Shown here: one piece after another, positions 34,701 to 45,949 of the stretch | Layout of the letters: each line of letters starts with the position of its first letter | Numbering within the stretch: the stretch's first letter is position 1 | DNA from: Macrostomum hystrix | Taxonomy: Eukaryota > Animalia > Platyhelminthes | Assembly (NCBI GenBank): GCA_950097015.1 | Contig: CATNEN010000038.1 | Span: 5,084,001 to 5,148,000 of the forward strand | DNA length: 64,000 nucleotides | Direction of reading: 5' to 3' | Notes under the pieces: model-generated | What the model was told of the DNA's origin: nothing | Database searches by the model: none | Seen by the model: the letters and a program-made list of their open reading frames with translations, nothing else | Position numbers and translations under genes: made by a program

Positions 34701-35794
34701 ATCCCATCCTGACACCCACACCGATCCCATCCGGACACCCACACCTATCCCATCCTGACACCCACACCTATCCCATCCTGACACCCACACCTATCCCATC
34801 CTGACACCCACACCTATCCCATCCTGACACCCACACCTATCCCATCCTGACACCCACACCTATCCCATCCTGACACCCACACCTATCACATCCTGACACC
34901 CACACCTATCCTATCCTGACACCCTGACACCTATCCCATCCTGACACCCACACCAATCCCATCCTGACACCCTGACACCTATCCCATCCTGACACTTACA
35001 CCTATCCCATCCTGACACCCTGACACCAATCCCATCCTGACAACCACAACGCCATCCTGACACCCCAAAACCCACACCGATGCCACCTAAAACCCACACC
35101 AATGCCACCTAAAACCCACACCAATGCGACCTAAAACCCACACCAATGCCACCTAAAACACACACCAATGCCACCTAAAACCCACACCAATGCCACCTAA
35201 AACCCACACCAATGCCACCTAAAACCCACACCAATGCCACCTAAAACACACACCAATGCCACCTAAAACCCACACCAATGCCACCTAAAACCCACACCAA
35301 TGCCACCTAAAACCCACACCAATGCCACCTAAAACCCACACCAATGCCACCTAAAACCCACACCAATGCCACCTAAAACCCACACCAATGCCACCTAAAA
35401 CCCACACCAATGCCACCTAAAACCCACACCAATGCCACCTAAAACCCACACCAATGGCACACATCAGACTGACCTGTTCCCGCACGAAGCCAGGCAGTTC
35501 GTGTCGCCTCTGTCCAATGAGCTGCAGCAGGGACACCCGGAGCTGTTCAACAGCATCTGCTGGCAGTTCGCGCCATTCCCTAAGCAGGGCCTGTCGCATT
35601 GTGCTAGCAGCCTCGAACATCAGCAATGGATTTGTTGAACTGGCCAGCAGGCCGCGGCACAAATCGTAGGGCCTGGCAGCTCGGCGAAACTCCAGCACGG
35701 TGTCCGTGGCCGACTGTCTCTCAGCCGGGCTCAGGTTCGGCAGCTGGACTAACTGGGTGGCCCGCTCCAGCTGTGCTATCTGCAGCTCCATCAT
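23116..35794 (-). CDS. XPO4: Exportin-4, 8 exons
   Basis: Exons 35794-35474, 34564-34175, 33191-32636, 32478-31859, 31610-31360, 24817-24262, 24165-23746, 23610-23116 (GT-AG, phases compatible; the 24817 acceptor is the least certain). XPO4-like motifs [55 protein letters not shown]. Confidence 0.9.
24922..25148 (+). ncRNA. HDV-like self-cleaving ribozyme at the 5' end of the retrotransposon
   Basis: P1 GCUCGC(24922-27)/GCGAGU(25106-11) with G1-U wobble; P2 CCCAU(25088-92)/AUGGG(25144-48); P3 GGG/CCC; L3 UACACGU; P1.1 AC(25097-98)/GU(25112-13); P4 GGCUG..CAGCC; J4/2 CAGA with catalytic-position C25140. G1 is the first base after the TSD. Confidence 0.8.
25211..25553 (+). repeat. 97-bp tandem repeat (~3.5 copies) in retrotransposon 5' UTR
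   Basis: TGTCACCCTT recurs at 25221, 25318, 25415 and 25512. Confidence 0.95.
25786..27333 (+). CDS. Retrotransposon ORF1 (gag-like nucleic-acid-binding protein)
   Basis: Long ORF from ATG 25786 with a basic AAKRRRR patch, TYAAIAR motif and an ordered central domain; lies directly upstream of the pol ORF. Confidence 0.8.
   Translation: MASSLPTAPAEDTMVPEAIHAAAPGLAGPATATNAALPNSRDDRGAKRSSTSGAAKRRRRLMAHGKPAPSTEDRAQTRGAEGALPRAGAGAGGLAPPAQAPARGGALDAPRPGSRAKEVPAPIRTAARPEGEAEAEGPVPTADADPEGGVATGQGPGPHATYAAIARRQPAVVITGRDEKRLSSEQLSNICRNIDAMLWQLQLKGEPLAVGASATRESCFVVWPGDAESGRRLLELLPTQSWAAGLDFLRENEPPKTKRHRIFVPAKSVVTSAEDLRMGLIAMNRELPTAGLIVHRTILRPDGTGFTAILGLSEQWTRRYPDGANICIGLWKTKIFAFEADKSRGQTGPTTVPATEGSSDPEAGTGGRAQSSRQKRPERAIAGSSERRPARITKRRGLLQRASEVVRTARMAQLRAEMRGGPPGQAPQPRATGEASKVPSSIEQGPSSAPPTAQGAVSAPVEGDSGPGLRAGGGDWAADPVEFPPLARGRGTEEPMATDIDPEEEDRLLAESPSK
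27346..31051 (+). CDS. Retrotransposon ORF2: APE endonuclease, reverse transcriptase, RNase H, CCHC finger; one frameshift at 28241-28246
   Basis: APE: VQEPW, GDANSH, SDHRFI. RT: KAPGPDG, YRPISL, QGGVLTP, YADD. RNase H: [27 protein letters not shown]. Finger: CPFC..EHFICHC. Removing one C from the C6 run restores KKSAPWWNPEL. Confidence 0.92.
31190..31330. repeat. 30-bp minisatellite (GAGAGGATTAGTGACCCACATTGGGGATTT) at the retrotransposon insertion site
   Basis: About 4 tandem units; a degenerate unit lies on the other flank (24891-24921). Confidence 0.8.
31652..31843. repeat. (CAGA)n microsatellite in XPO4 intron 4
   Basis: Directly visible. Confidence 0.95.
33340..34126. repeat. 20-bp minisatellite (AATCTTCCCAGTTCATTAAG) in XPO4 intron 2
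   Basis: Tandem periodicity of 20. Confidence 0.97.
34617..35456. repeat. Compound minisatellite in XPO4 intron 1: 23-bp (CTGACACCCACACCTATCCCATC) then 22-bp (AATGCCACCTAAAACCCACACC)
   Basis: Two adjacent arrays sharing CCCACACC. Confidence 0.95.
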
Positions 35795-36049
35795 CACTCG
35801 GGATGGCTTGAGGCCCGCTTTTTTAACTAGAATCTAAAGCTACGAGCTAAACACTAAAAGTTCTTTATCGATGGCTGCCGCGAACGCCCGCCTGGTCTCT
35901 CGCACTGCTTGACTGCAAGGCGAGTCATTTTGGGGAGCTATTTACAATAGACTGTTGAATCAGCTGCTAATCAATACAGTCTAATTTGTTGGCTTTGATC
36001 TACAAACAGAGATTCGTGAATGGAAAAGCGTGAAAAAATATAGACTTGT

Positions 36050-37880
36050 GAATGCAAGAAACAATGAATTGGAGATTGGCGACTCAAGAAACTGTGAATT
36101 TGAGATTGGTGACTCAAGAAACTGTGAATTTGAGATTGGTGACTCAAGAAACTGTGAATTTGAGATTGGTGACTCAAGAAACTGTGAATTTGAGATTGGT
36201 GACTCAAGAAATTGTGAATTTGAGATTGGTGACTCAAGAAACTGTGAATTTGAGATTGGTGACTCAAGAAACTGTGAATTTGAGATTGGTGACACAAGAA
36301 ACTGTGAATTTGAGATTCGTGACTCAAGAAACTGTGAATTTGAGATTGGTGACACAAGAAATTGTGAATTAGAGATTGGTGACTCAAGAAACTGTGAATT
36401 AGAGATTGGTGACTCAAGAAACTGTGAATTTGAGATTGGTGACTCAAGAAACTGTGAATTTGAGATTGGTGACTCAAGAAATTGTGAATTTGAGATTGGT
36501 GACTCAAGAAACTGTGAATTTGAGATTGGTGACTCAAGAAACTGTGAATTTGAGATTGGTGACACAAGAAACTGTGAATTTGAGATTCGTGACTCAAGAA
36601 ACTGTGAATTTGAGATTGGTGACACAAGAAACTGTGAATTAGAGATTGGTGACTCAAGAAACTGTGAATAAGAGATTGGTGACTCAAGAAACTGTGAATA
36701 AGAGATTGGTGACTCAAGAAACTGTGAATTTGAGATTGGTGACTCAAGAAACTGTGAATTTGAGATTGGTGACTCAAGAAACTGTGAATAAGAGATTGGT
36801 GACTCAAGAAACTGTGAATTTGAGATTGGTGACTCAAGAAACTGTGAATTAGAGATTGGTGACTCAAGAAACTGTGAATTAGAGATTGGTGACTCAAGAA
36901 ACTGTGAATTTGAGATTGGTGACTCAAGAAACTGTGAATTTGAGATTGGTGACTCAAGAAACTGTGAATAAGAGATTGGTGACTCAAGAAACTGTGAATA
37001 AGAGATTGGTGACTCAAGAAACTGTGAATTTGAGATTGGTGACTCAAGAAACTGTGAATTTGAGATTGGTGACTCAAGAAACTGTGAATTTGAGATTGGT
37101 GACTCAAGAAACTGTGAATTAGAGATTGGTGACTCAAGAAACTGTGAATAAGAGATTGGTGACACAAGAAACTGTGAATTTGAGATTCGTGACTCAAGAA
37201 ACTGTGAATTTGAGATTGGTGACTCAAGAAACTGTGAATAAGAGATTGGTGACTCAAGAAACTGTGAATAAGAGATTGGTGACTCAAGAAACTGTGAATT
37301 TGAGATTGGTGACTCAAGAAACTGTGAATAAGAGATTGGTGACTCAAGAAACTGTGAATTTGAGATTGGTGACTCAAGAAACTGTGAATTTGAGATTGGT
37401 GACACAAGAAACTGTGAATTTGAGATTGGTGACTCAAGAAACTGTGAATTTGAGATTGGTGACTCAAGAAACTGTGAATAAGAGATTGGTGACTCAAGAA
37501 ACTGTGAATAAGAGATTGGTGACTCAAGAAACTGTGAATTTGAGATTGGTGACTCAAGAAACTGTGAATTTGAGATTGGTGACTCAAGAAACTGTGAATA
37601 AGAGATTGGTGACTCAAGAAACTGTGAATTTGAGATTGGTGACTCAAGAAACTGTGAATTAGAGATTGGTGACTCAAGAAACTGTGAATTAGAGATTGGT
37701 GACTCAAGAAACAGTGAATTAGAGATTGGTGACTCAAGAAACAGTGAATTAGAGATTGGTGACTCAAGAAACAGTGAATTAGAGATTGGTGACTCAAGAA
37801 ACAGTGAATTAGAGATTGGTGACTCAAGAAACAGTGAATTAGAGATTGGTGACTCAAGAAACAGTGAATTAGAGATTGGT
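36050..37880. repeat. 30-bp minisatellite (ACTGTGAATTTGAGATTGGTGACTCAAGAA), ~61 copies
   Basis: Near-perfect periodicity; explains the spurious long ORFs here. Confidence 0.98.
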
Positions 37881-38344
37881 CAATTTAAGAAAAAACCTAG
37901 TTGTACAACATTCATTTAGAAAACTTTATGGAAATAAATAAAGCGACATGCTTAACTTGAATGTGAATGAAAAATATATATTCGACAAAAAGATTTACTG
38001 ATTTAACAGGCAAACAAACTGCTATGAGTTGTAAAAAATTTTACTCAGATTTCAATAACCAAACAAACGTAATGGTCATTCATTATTTAATCAGACAAGC
38101 TTGCCTGCAACAGATTAACTAAATTAAAGCTAAATTATGTTTTCATTTTTTACCTACAGATTTCCGGTGAAAAAATGTTACTAACAAGTTAAACAACTCA
38201 ATTCAACTCAGTAATAAGAAGTCGACATTCCTTAATAAAATGATCGGCTTCACACCAAAAACTGTTTTTTACGGTTCTAAAACTGGAATTCCAGTAACTA
38301 ATTTAGGCGTTCAGATATTTACTTAGTTTTCAAAATTATATACC

Positions 38345-38880
38345 CGCCATTTCCTTAGCAAGCTAAATTATTTATCCGTCATTTCCTTAGCTAGCTAAAT
38401 TAGTTATCCGTCATTTCCTTAGCTAGCTAAATTAGTTATCCGTCATTTCCTTAGCTAGCTAAATTAGTTATCCGTCATTTCCTTAGCTAGCTAAATTAGT
38501 TATCAATAATTGCCTTAGCTAACTAAATTAGTTATCCGTCATTTCCTTAGCTAGCTAAATTAGTTATCCGTCATTTCCTTAGCTAGCTAAATTAGTTATC
38601 CGTCATTTCCTTAGCTAGCTAAATTAGTTATCCGTCATTTCCTTAGCTAGCTAAATTAGTTATCCGCCATTTCCTTAGCTAGCTAAATTAGTTATCAATA
38701 ATTGCCTTAGCTAACTAAATTAGTTATCCGTCATTTCCTTAGCTAGCTAAATTAGTTATCCGTCATTTCCTTAGCTAGCTAAATTAGTTATCCGCCATTT
38801 CCTTAGCTAGCTAAATTAGTCATCCGTCATTTCCTTAACTAGCTAAATTAGTTATCCGTCAATTCCTTAGCTAGCTAAAC
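38345..38880. repeat. 32-bp minisatellite (TATCCGTCATTTCCTTAGCTAGCTAAATTAGT)
   Basis: Tandem periodicity of 32; each unit contains the palindrome TTAGCTAGCTAA. Confidence 0.95.
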
Positions 38881-39016
38881 AAGCTAGCCGTCAGTTGATA
38901 GAAACGGCATTAAAAACGCACACGGACATACGTAAATGCGTTTCATTAGATAAAAATTGAAACTATAGTCCAGCAGTCTCTGCAACACAGGCGAGTGTGA
39001 GCCTTGAGTTGGTCTC

Positions 39017-39439
39017 TTAGGCGTGAGCAAACGAGGCCTGGCCAGTGGAGACACCCGCCGGGCCCAGCATCATCTTGCGCTCGTTCTCCAGCTCAGCCTC
39101 CTCCATGTTGACCCGCTCCCGTTCCAGCATGAGGGGCAGCAGGGCGATAAGGCCTGTTGTGGCTGCCACCCAAGCCAAGTTGCTGGCCTGACGGAAGGTC
39201 CACAGAGTCAAGCTGCAGCTGCCGCTGACGAGACTGCCAGCAGCGCTGCGCAACGGCTTGGGAAAGATCTCGGCCAGGGCGGCCACTCTCTCGGCTATGG
39301 TTTCATCTTCAAGTTCGTCTTCATCGTCTAGGAGATCCTCGATCGGCTTCTGCGGATGCGTAGGCAGAATGCCGCCGCCGCCAGCTGTGTAGGCCGGGGG
39401 CGGGGGTCGGTCGCCATCGAACGGTGTCAGGTCGGACAT
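39017..39439 (-). CDS. TOMM22: Mitochondrial import receptor subunit TOM22
   Basis: Acidic DDEDELEDETIAERVAALAEIFP, TM AWVAATTGLIALLPLMLERER, C-terminal KMMLGP. Confidence 0.93.
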   Translation of the reverse strand: MSDLTPFDGDRPPPPAYTAGGGGILPTHPQKPIEDLLDDEDELEDETIAERVAALAEIFPKPLRSAAGSLVSGSCSLTLWTFRQASNLAWVAATTGLIALLPLMLERERVNMEEAELENERKMMLGPAGVSTGQASFAHA

Positions 39440-39544
39440 GATCGCTGCAATGGGAGCGTTGCCATTGTTCTCATCTCACACTTTTGGTACAGAGAGATAA
39501 AACTTCAGGGTTCAGAGCGACTGTGACTTCAGGCAGGATTTCAG

Positions 39545-40080
39545 AGTTGAGAGTTAGGACTTCAGGCCTCAGAGAGGTAGGACTTCAGGGTTCAGAGAGG
39601 TAGGACTTCAGGCCTCAGAGAGGTAGGACTTCAGGGCTGAGAGAGGTAGGACTTCAGGGCTGAGAGAGGTAGGACTTCAGGGCTGAGAGAGGTAGGACTT
39701 CAGGGCTGAGAGAGGTAGGACTTCAGGGCTGAGAGAGGTAGGACTTCAGGCTTCAGAGAGGTAGGACTTCAGGGCTGAGAGAGGTAGGACTTCAGGGTTC
39801 AGAGAGGTAGGACTTCAGGCCTCAGAGAGGTAGGACTTCAGGGTTCAGAGAGGTAGGACTTCAGGCCTCAGAGAGGTAGGACTTCAGGCCTCAGAGAGTT
39901 AGGACTTCAGGCCTCAGAGAGTTAGGACTTCAGGCCTCAGAGAGTTAGGACTTCAGGGTTCAGAGAGGTAGGACTTCAGGCCTCAGAGAGTTAGGACTTC
40001 AGGGCTGAGAGAGGTAGGACTTCAGGGCTGAGAGAGTTAGGACTTCAGGGCTGAGAGAGGTAGGACTTCAGGGCTGAGAC
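39545..40080. repeat. 23-bp minisatellite (TAGGACTTCAGGGCTGAGAGAGG)
   Basis: Tandem periodicity of 23. Confidence 0.95.
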
Positions 40081-40604
40081 AAGATCACAGAGCTCAGGAG
40101 TTCAGGGTGTCTGACTGTGTCTATACTAGTAATTATAACGAAACTGATCTTCATCGGTAAAAAATTAATTCAAAATCTGATAAAATATGTAAGTTTTTAA
40201 CATGACTGTAAGAACAATTTATGAATAGCTGCTTGAAAAACTTTTAATTACTAATTGCAGTGACTGATCAATATTTACAACAGGACAATAAAACGCACGT
40301 TTTTTTACTTTTCTACGAATAACGACTTTATTGAGCCAATCCTGAAAATTTACAGTAATTGACAGGTATTATATAACGAATGCCTAGAGACACAGGGATG
40401 AATAAATAAGCAGAGAAAAGTATTTTATTTTAAAAAGTCTATAAACAACAAATACAAGACAATGCTTTTTCTGATGCAACATGTGGACTTACATTGGTTA
40501 GTATTTTAGTCATTATTTAGCTTAAGGTAATTCAGATGTGGATTGATCGAGTCGAAAATATATATAGTAGGAGTAAGCGATTGAATAGAGATAGTTAAGT
40601 GAAG

Positions 40605-41025
40605 AGTTGATATGGGATAATAGACAGCTGAGATGTAACAATAGAGAGCTGAAATGGGATAATAGAGAGTATAGAGATGGGATGATACAGAGAAGATGGG
40701 ATAATAGAGAGCTGAGATGTAACAATAGAGACCTGAGTTGGGATAATAGAGAGTAGAGAGTAGAGATTGGATAATAGACAGCTGAGATGTAACAATAGAG
40801 AGCTGAGATGGGATAATAGATAGTAGAGATGGGATGATACAGAGAAGATGGGATAATAGAGAGCTGAGATGTAACAATAGAGACCTGAGTTGGGATAATA
40901 GAGAGTAGATGGGATATTAGAGAGCTGAGATGGGATAATAGAGAGTAGATGGGATATTAGAGAGCTGAGATGGGATAATAGACAGCTGAGATGTAATAAT
41001 AGAGAGCTGAGATGGGATAATAGGA
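40605..41025. repeat. Degenerate minisatellite (GAGCTGAGATGGGATAATAGA) just after the PHF10-like stop
   Basis: Recurrent GATGGGATAATAGA units of variable length. Confidence 0.8.
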
Positions 41026-41047
41026 GTAGTTGCGATAGGAAGGCCAG

Positions 41048-44000
41048 TTAGCTCTTAGCTGACAGCTCTACAGAGACATTCAGAGACTTTCGTTTTCTTC
41101 CGCGACCGCTGCCAGTTTTATTGCCAGCCGCGGCAGACAAAGAGATCGACGACACGGTTGCTTCGATGGCGGCAGCAGCAGCGGCGGCGGTGGCGGCAGC
41201 GGCGGCGGCAGCAGCGGTGGCGTCTGGGCCAACGCAGACGGGGCACTCCCAGTGGCCCTGCGGTATGTCCGGCAAGCCGACGCAGAATGTGTGGAAGCCG
41301 CGGTCGCAGGCGTCGCAGAACATCATCTGCTCCTCGTTGCCCGGGTCCAGGCACTCTTGGCAGCGCTTACAGTCCATGCACTGCCAGGCGTAGGCCTTGG
41401 CCGCCTTCAGCATGTTGTCAGGGAGCTGCAGGCAGGCAGCGTGGCCGCGGCTGTGACACTCGCTGCACTCCAGGGCCTGGGCGCGGAATGGATCGATAAT
41501 TTGTTGCTTTGCTGTTTGACAGAATTACACGGGATTACAGGGACGAGGAAGAAAGATAGAAAAGTTGAGACGTTAGTGAACAAGTTGGACAAGTGAAGGT
41601 GAAAGAGAGAATAAGAAATGGTAGGGAAGAAAGGAGGAGAAACTTAGAGAAAATGAAACGGGTAGAAAATGGGAAGACAGTGAAGGGGAAAAACGGACGG
41701 GAGAGAGATTGAGAATGGGAGCGAAAAAAATATGATGGAAAGAAGAAGAGAGAGGAATAAGACGTCAAATAGGCGATATGTATCGAAAAAGTGATAAAGT
41801 TTCACCCACAAGGCCAGCTGAGCAGTCGCTGTTGCAGACGGTGCATTTGACGCCAGTTTCCAGTCGGACAGGCGGCAGCGCTGGTCGCGTTGGCAAGGCG
41901 TACAGGCAGCTAGTTAGGGGCAGATAGTTGAGCCGCTCCCTACCAGCGGCGATTGTATCGGCGTGTTGGCAGGCGTCGGCAAACTGACCGGGCAGAATGG
42001 CCACCGGATACGCCGAACGATTCAGGCTCTGCTGCTGCTGCTGCTGTGGCTTCACTGGCAGCAGCAGCTGCAGAGTCTGGGTGCAAACGGCGCCAGCAGG
42101 CCGGTTCGCCAGGAAACGCCGATTGAAGGCCGAAGCGCTTTTGATTGCCCGCTGATGAGCCCGCTGCTTGGCGGACAGCTGAGGCGGCGGCGGAGGCGGC
42201 AGTGGAGCGGACGAATTCGAAGTCGCCTCGCTGTTGGCAAGGTTGGCAGAGGCTGTTGCTAGGGACGCCTGTTGACGTGAGGCTTGATTTTGCTGGCGTT
42301 GTCGTTTTGGCGCTGGCGGCTGGATTTAAAGTGAGACGCATGGCAACTACAGATAAGATGAATGGAGTAAGGAACTAGAGTAGAGTAGAGTAGAGTAGAG
42401 TAAGGTAGGTAGACAGGGTGGAAGGTTGAGTAGTAGAGGTTGGAAAATAGAGTAGAGTAGGAGAGGTAGACGGGGTGGTAGGTAGGGTAGGAGAGGCTGA
42501 TAAGGTGGAAGGTAGGGTAGGAGAGGCTGATAAGGTGGAAGGTAGGGTAGGAGAGGCTGATAAGGTGGCAGGTAGGATAGGAGAGGCAGACGGGGTGGAA
42601 GGTAGGGTAGGAGAGGCAGACAGGGTGAAAGGTAGGGTAGGAGAGGCTGAAAAGGTGGAAGGTAGGGTAGGAGAGGCTGATAAGGTGGAAGGTAGGGTAG
42701 GAGAGGCTGATAAGGTGGCAGGTAGGGTAGGAGAGGCTGATAAGGTGAAAAGTAGGGTAGGAGAGGCTGATAAGGTGGAAGGTAGGGTAGGAGAGGCTGA
42801 TAAGGTGGAAGGTAGGGTAGGAAAGGCAGACAGGGTGGAAGGTAGGGTAGGAGAGGCTGATAAGGTGGAAGGTAGGGTAGGAGAGGCAGACAGGGTGGCA
42901 GGTAGGGTAGGAGAGGCTGATAAGGTGGAAGGTAGGGTAGGAGAGGCAGACGGGGTGGAAGGTAGGGTAGGAGAGGCTGATAAGGTGGCAGGTAGGGTAG
43001 GAGAGGCAGACGGGGTGGAAGGTAGGGTAGGAGAGGCTGATAAGGTGGCAGGTAGGGTAGGAGAGGCTGATAAGGTGGAAGGTAGGGTAGGAGAGGCTGA
43101 TAAGGTGGAAGGTAGGGTAGGAGAGGCTGATAAGGTGGCAGGTAGGGTAGGAGAGGCAGTCAGGGTGGAAGGTAGGGTAGGAGAGGCTGATAAGGTGGAA
43201 GGTAGGGTAGGAGAGGCTGATAAGGTGGAAGGTAGGGTAGGAGAGGCTGATAAGGTGGCAGGTAGGGTAGGAGAGGCTGATAAGGTGGAAGGTAGGGTAG
43301 GAGAGGCTGATAAGGTGGCAGGTAGGGTAGGAGAGGCAGTCAGGGTGGAAGGTAGGGTAGGAGAGGCTGATAAGGTGGCAGGTAGGGTAGGAGAGGCTGA
43401 TAAGGTGGAAGGTAGGGTAGGAGAGGCTGATAAGGTGGCAGGTAGGGTAGGAGAGGCAGTCAGGGTGGAAGGTAGGGCAGGAGAGGCTGATAAGGTGGAA
43501 GGTAGGGTAGGAGAGGCTGATAAGGTGGCAGGTAGGGTAGGAGAGGCTGATAAGGTGGAAGGTAGGGTAGGAGAGGCTGATAAGGTGGCAGGTAGGGTAG
43601 GAGAGGCAGTCAGGGTGGAAGGTAGGGTAGGAGAGGCTGATAAGGTGGCAGGTAGGGTAGGAGAGGCTGATAAGGTGGAAGGTAGGGTAGGAGAGGCTGA
43701 TAAGGTGGCAGGTAGGGTAGGAGAGGCAGACAGGGTGGAAGGTAGGGTAGGAGAGGCTGATAAGGTGGAAGGTAGGGTAGGAGAGGCTGATAAGGTGGCA
43801 GGTAGGGTAGGAGAGGCAGTCAGGGTGGAAGGTAGGGTAGGAGAGGCTGATAAGGTGGAAGGTAGGGTAGGAGAGGCTGATAAGGTGGAAGGTAGGGTAG
43901 GAGAGGCTGATAAGGTGGCAGGTAGGGTAGGAGAGGCAGACAGGGTGGAAGGTAGGGTAGGAGAGGCTGATAAGGTGGCAGGTAGGGTAGGAGAGGCAGA

Positions 44001-45453
44001 CGGGGTGGAAGGTAGGGTAGGAGAGGCTGATAAGGTGGCAGGTAGGGTAGGAGAGGCAGTCAGGGTGGAAGGTAGGGTAGGAGAGGCTGATAAGGTGGAA
44101 GGTAGGGTAGGAGAGGCTGATAAGGTGGAAGGTAGGGTAGGAGAGGCTGATAAGGTGGCAGGTAGGGTAGGAGAGGCAGTCAGGGTGGAAGGTAGGGCAG
44201 GAGAGGCTGATAAGGTGGAAGGTAGGGTAGGAGAGGCTGATAAGGTGGCAGGTAGGGTAGGAGAGGCTGATAAGGTGGAAGGTAGGGTAGGAGAGGCTGA
44301 TAAGGTGGCAGGTAGGGTAGGAGAGGCAGTCAGGGTGGAAGGTAGGGTAGGAGAGGCTGATAAGGTGGCAGGTAGGGTAGGAGAGGCTGATAAGGTGGAA
44401 GGTAGGGTAGGAGAGGCTGATAAGGTGGCAGGTAGGGTAGGAGAGGCAGACGGGGTGGAAGGTAGGGTAGGAGAGGCTGATAAGGTGGAAGTTAAGGAAG
44501 ATAAGATGGATAAGGTAAAATAAAAAAACCTCTAATTATATTGATTTGGTGTTGAGTCTCAATTGTACTTTAAACTCAAGTTAAGCAAATATCTCACCAC
44601 AGGCGCTGGCAAGTCAGCTGAATTTCTGGTGGCAGCAATGGCAGCAGCAACGCTGGCTGCAATCTCGTCTTTCTGAGTGATTTTGCTATCACCAACTGAA
44701 GCAGGCAGAGATGCGCTTGCTGCCTCCACTGCTGGAGAGTCTTGCTCGATGGCAGCAGCAGCAGCATGATACTCGATTGACTTCTTAGTTACAACCGAAT
44801 CAGCTGTTTCAATAGTTTTAGCTTCCGATGTAGAATTTCTATTGTCCGCATTTTGCTGCAGTCTCGGCTGTTGCTGCTGCTTTTGCAGGTGATGCCTTGC
44901 TCTAGCCTTGGCTTCTTCTGAAAATTAGCAAGATTAATAGAATAACTATCATTGAGGAAGCCAGCTAAACCCAACAATGGGATAACACGGGAAAACATAG
45001 ATACAAATGACACCTAGCATAGTTGGGCTTGGGCTTTCGAACTACTGACCACTCAACTAGAAGTCTCAAGCTCTAGACTGTTTACAAAGTTAATCGTATT
45101 AGAAACAAAGCCCCAAGCCTTTTGTCCGCGGCTGCGCCGCAAAAATTAATGTGGCCTCGCCACAGAATCGAGCTAGGTACAGGTAACATACCTAGAATCT
45201 GTTTCAGGTGATTCTGTACAACTCCACCCTGATTCTGCGGCGGCGCCGACTTGGCCGCGGGCGAAACAGAGGCGGACGAAGGTTTCAGCGGTTCGACAAT
45301 TCTTTCCACAGCTGGGTTGGCATGATCAGTTTCCTCAGGCAGAGAGAACACAACTTTGGGGTTGGCAGCCACAGCAGCAGCAACAGCAGCAGGTGCAGAA
45401 GCTGTCGATTTGGCCAGCTCCTCTTCTAGCGGTGAAGGTTTCGCTGTGGACAT
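41048..45453 (-). CDS. PHF10: PHF10/SAYP-like double-PHD-finger protein, 4 exons
   Basis: Exons 45453-45192, 44917-44598, 42319-41810, 41476-41048 (phases compatible). Motifs AIKSASAFNRRF..QT, YPVAILPGQF, LNYLPL, CSECHSRGHAACL, YAWQCMDCKRC..MMFCDACDRGFHTFCVGL..G.W.C. Confidence 0.8.
42470..44490. repeat. G-rich 30-bp minisatellite (GGTAGGGTAGGAGAGGCTGATAAGGTGGAA), ~67 copies, in PHF10 intron 2
   Basis: Near-perfect periodicity. Confidence 0.98.
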
Positions 45454-45949
45454 TGTCCTTGATGACGTCAGAGAGGACTGGAATAACGGGCTGGAGTTAT
45501 AATTACTCAAATATGAAAGCCTAACAGGTTTAAATAGCTTTGATATTAATTGGGTGGATGTGACGGCCTCCCTAAGTCCATGGACCGGATAATATTGCTT
45601 TAACGATTTAACATTTTTTTCGTTCTATTAAAACTAAACACGCAGTTTAAAATGAAAAATATCGAGAAAAGGTAGTTAGTAACTTGAAAAAATTAGTTTT
45701 TTAGCGTTCCGGAAGAAAAACACCGTTTATTTCCACATTTTCGACTGTAAATTAAAATGCTCTGCTGGAAGTCATCAATAGTTATTGTGTGAGGGATCAT
45801 GTTTAGGGCCTTAGTTAGTAGCTATAATCGGTCTAGAATGAATATTTACTTGTACTTGGAAAATAACTAAACATTAATAAATAATAAAAAACTGTAATAG
45901 ACAAAAATAACTTTTATATTGCAAAACATCAAAATACTTTCTAAACGAT

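Noticed and set aside
35971-37857. 628-aa and other long repetitive ORFs (also 42475-44523, 58324-59399, 13137-14479, 9789-10608, 21263-21785, 5997-6769)
   Set aside because: Translations of stop-free minisatellite units; several lie inside introns of opposite- or same-strand genes.
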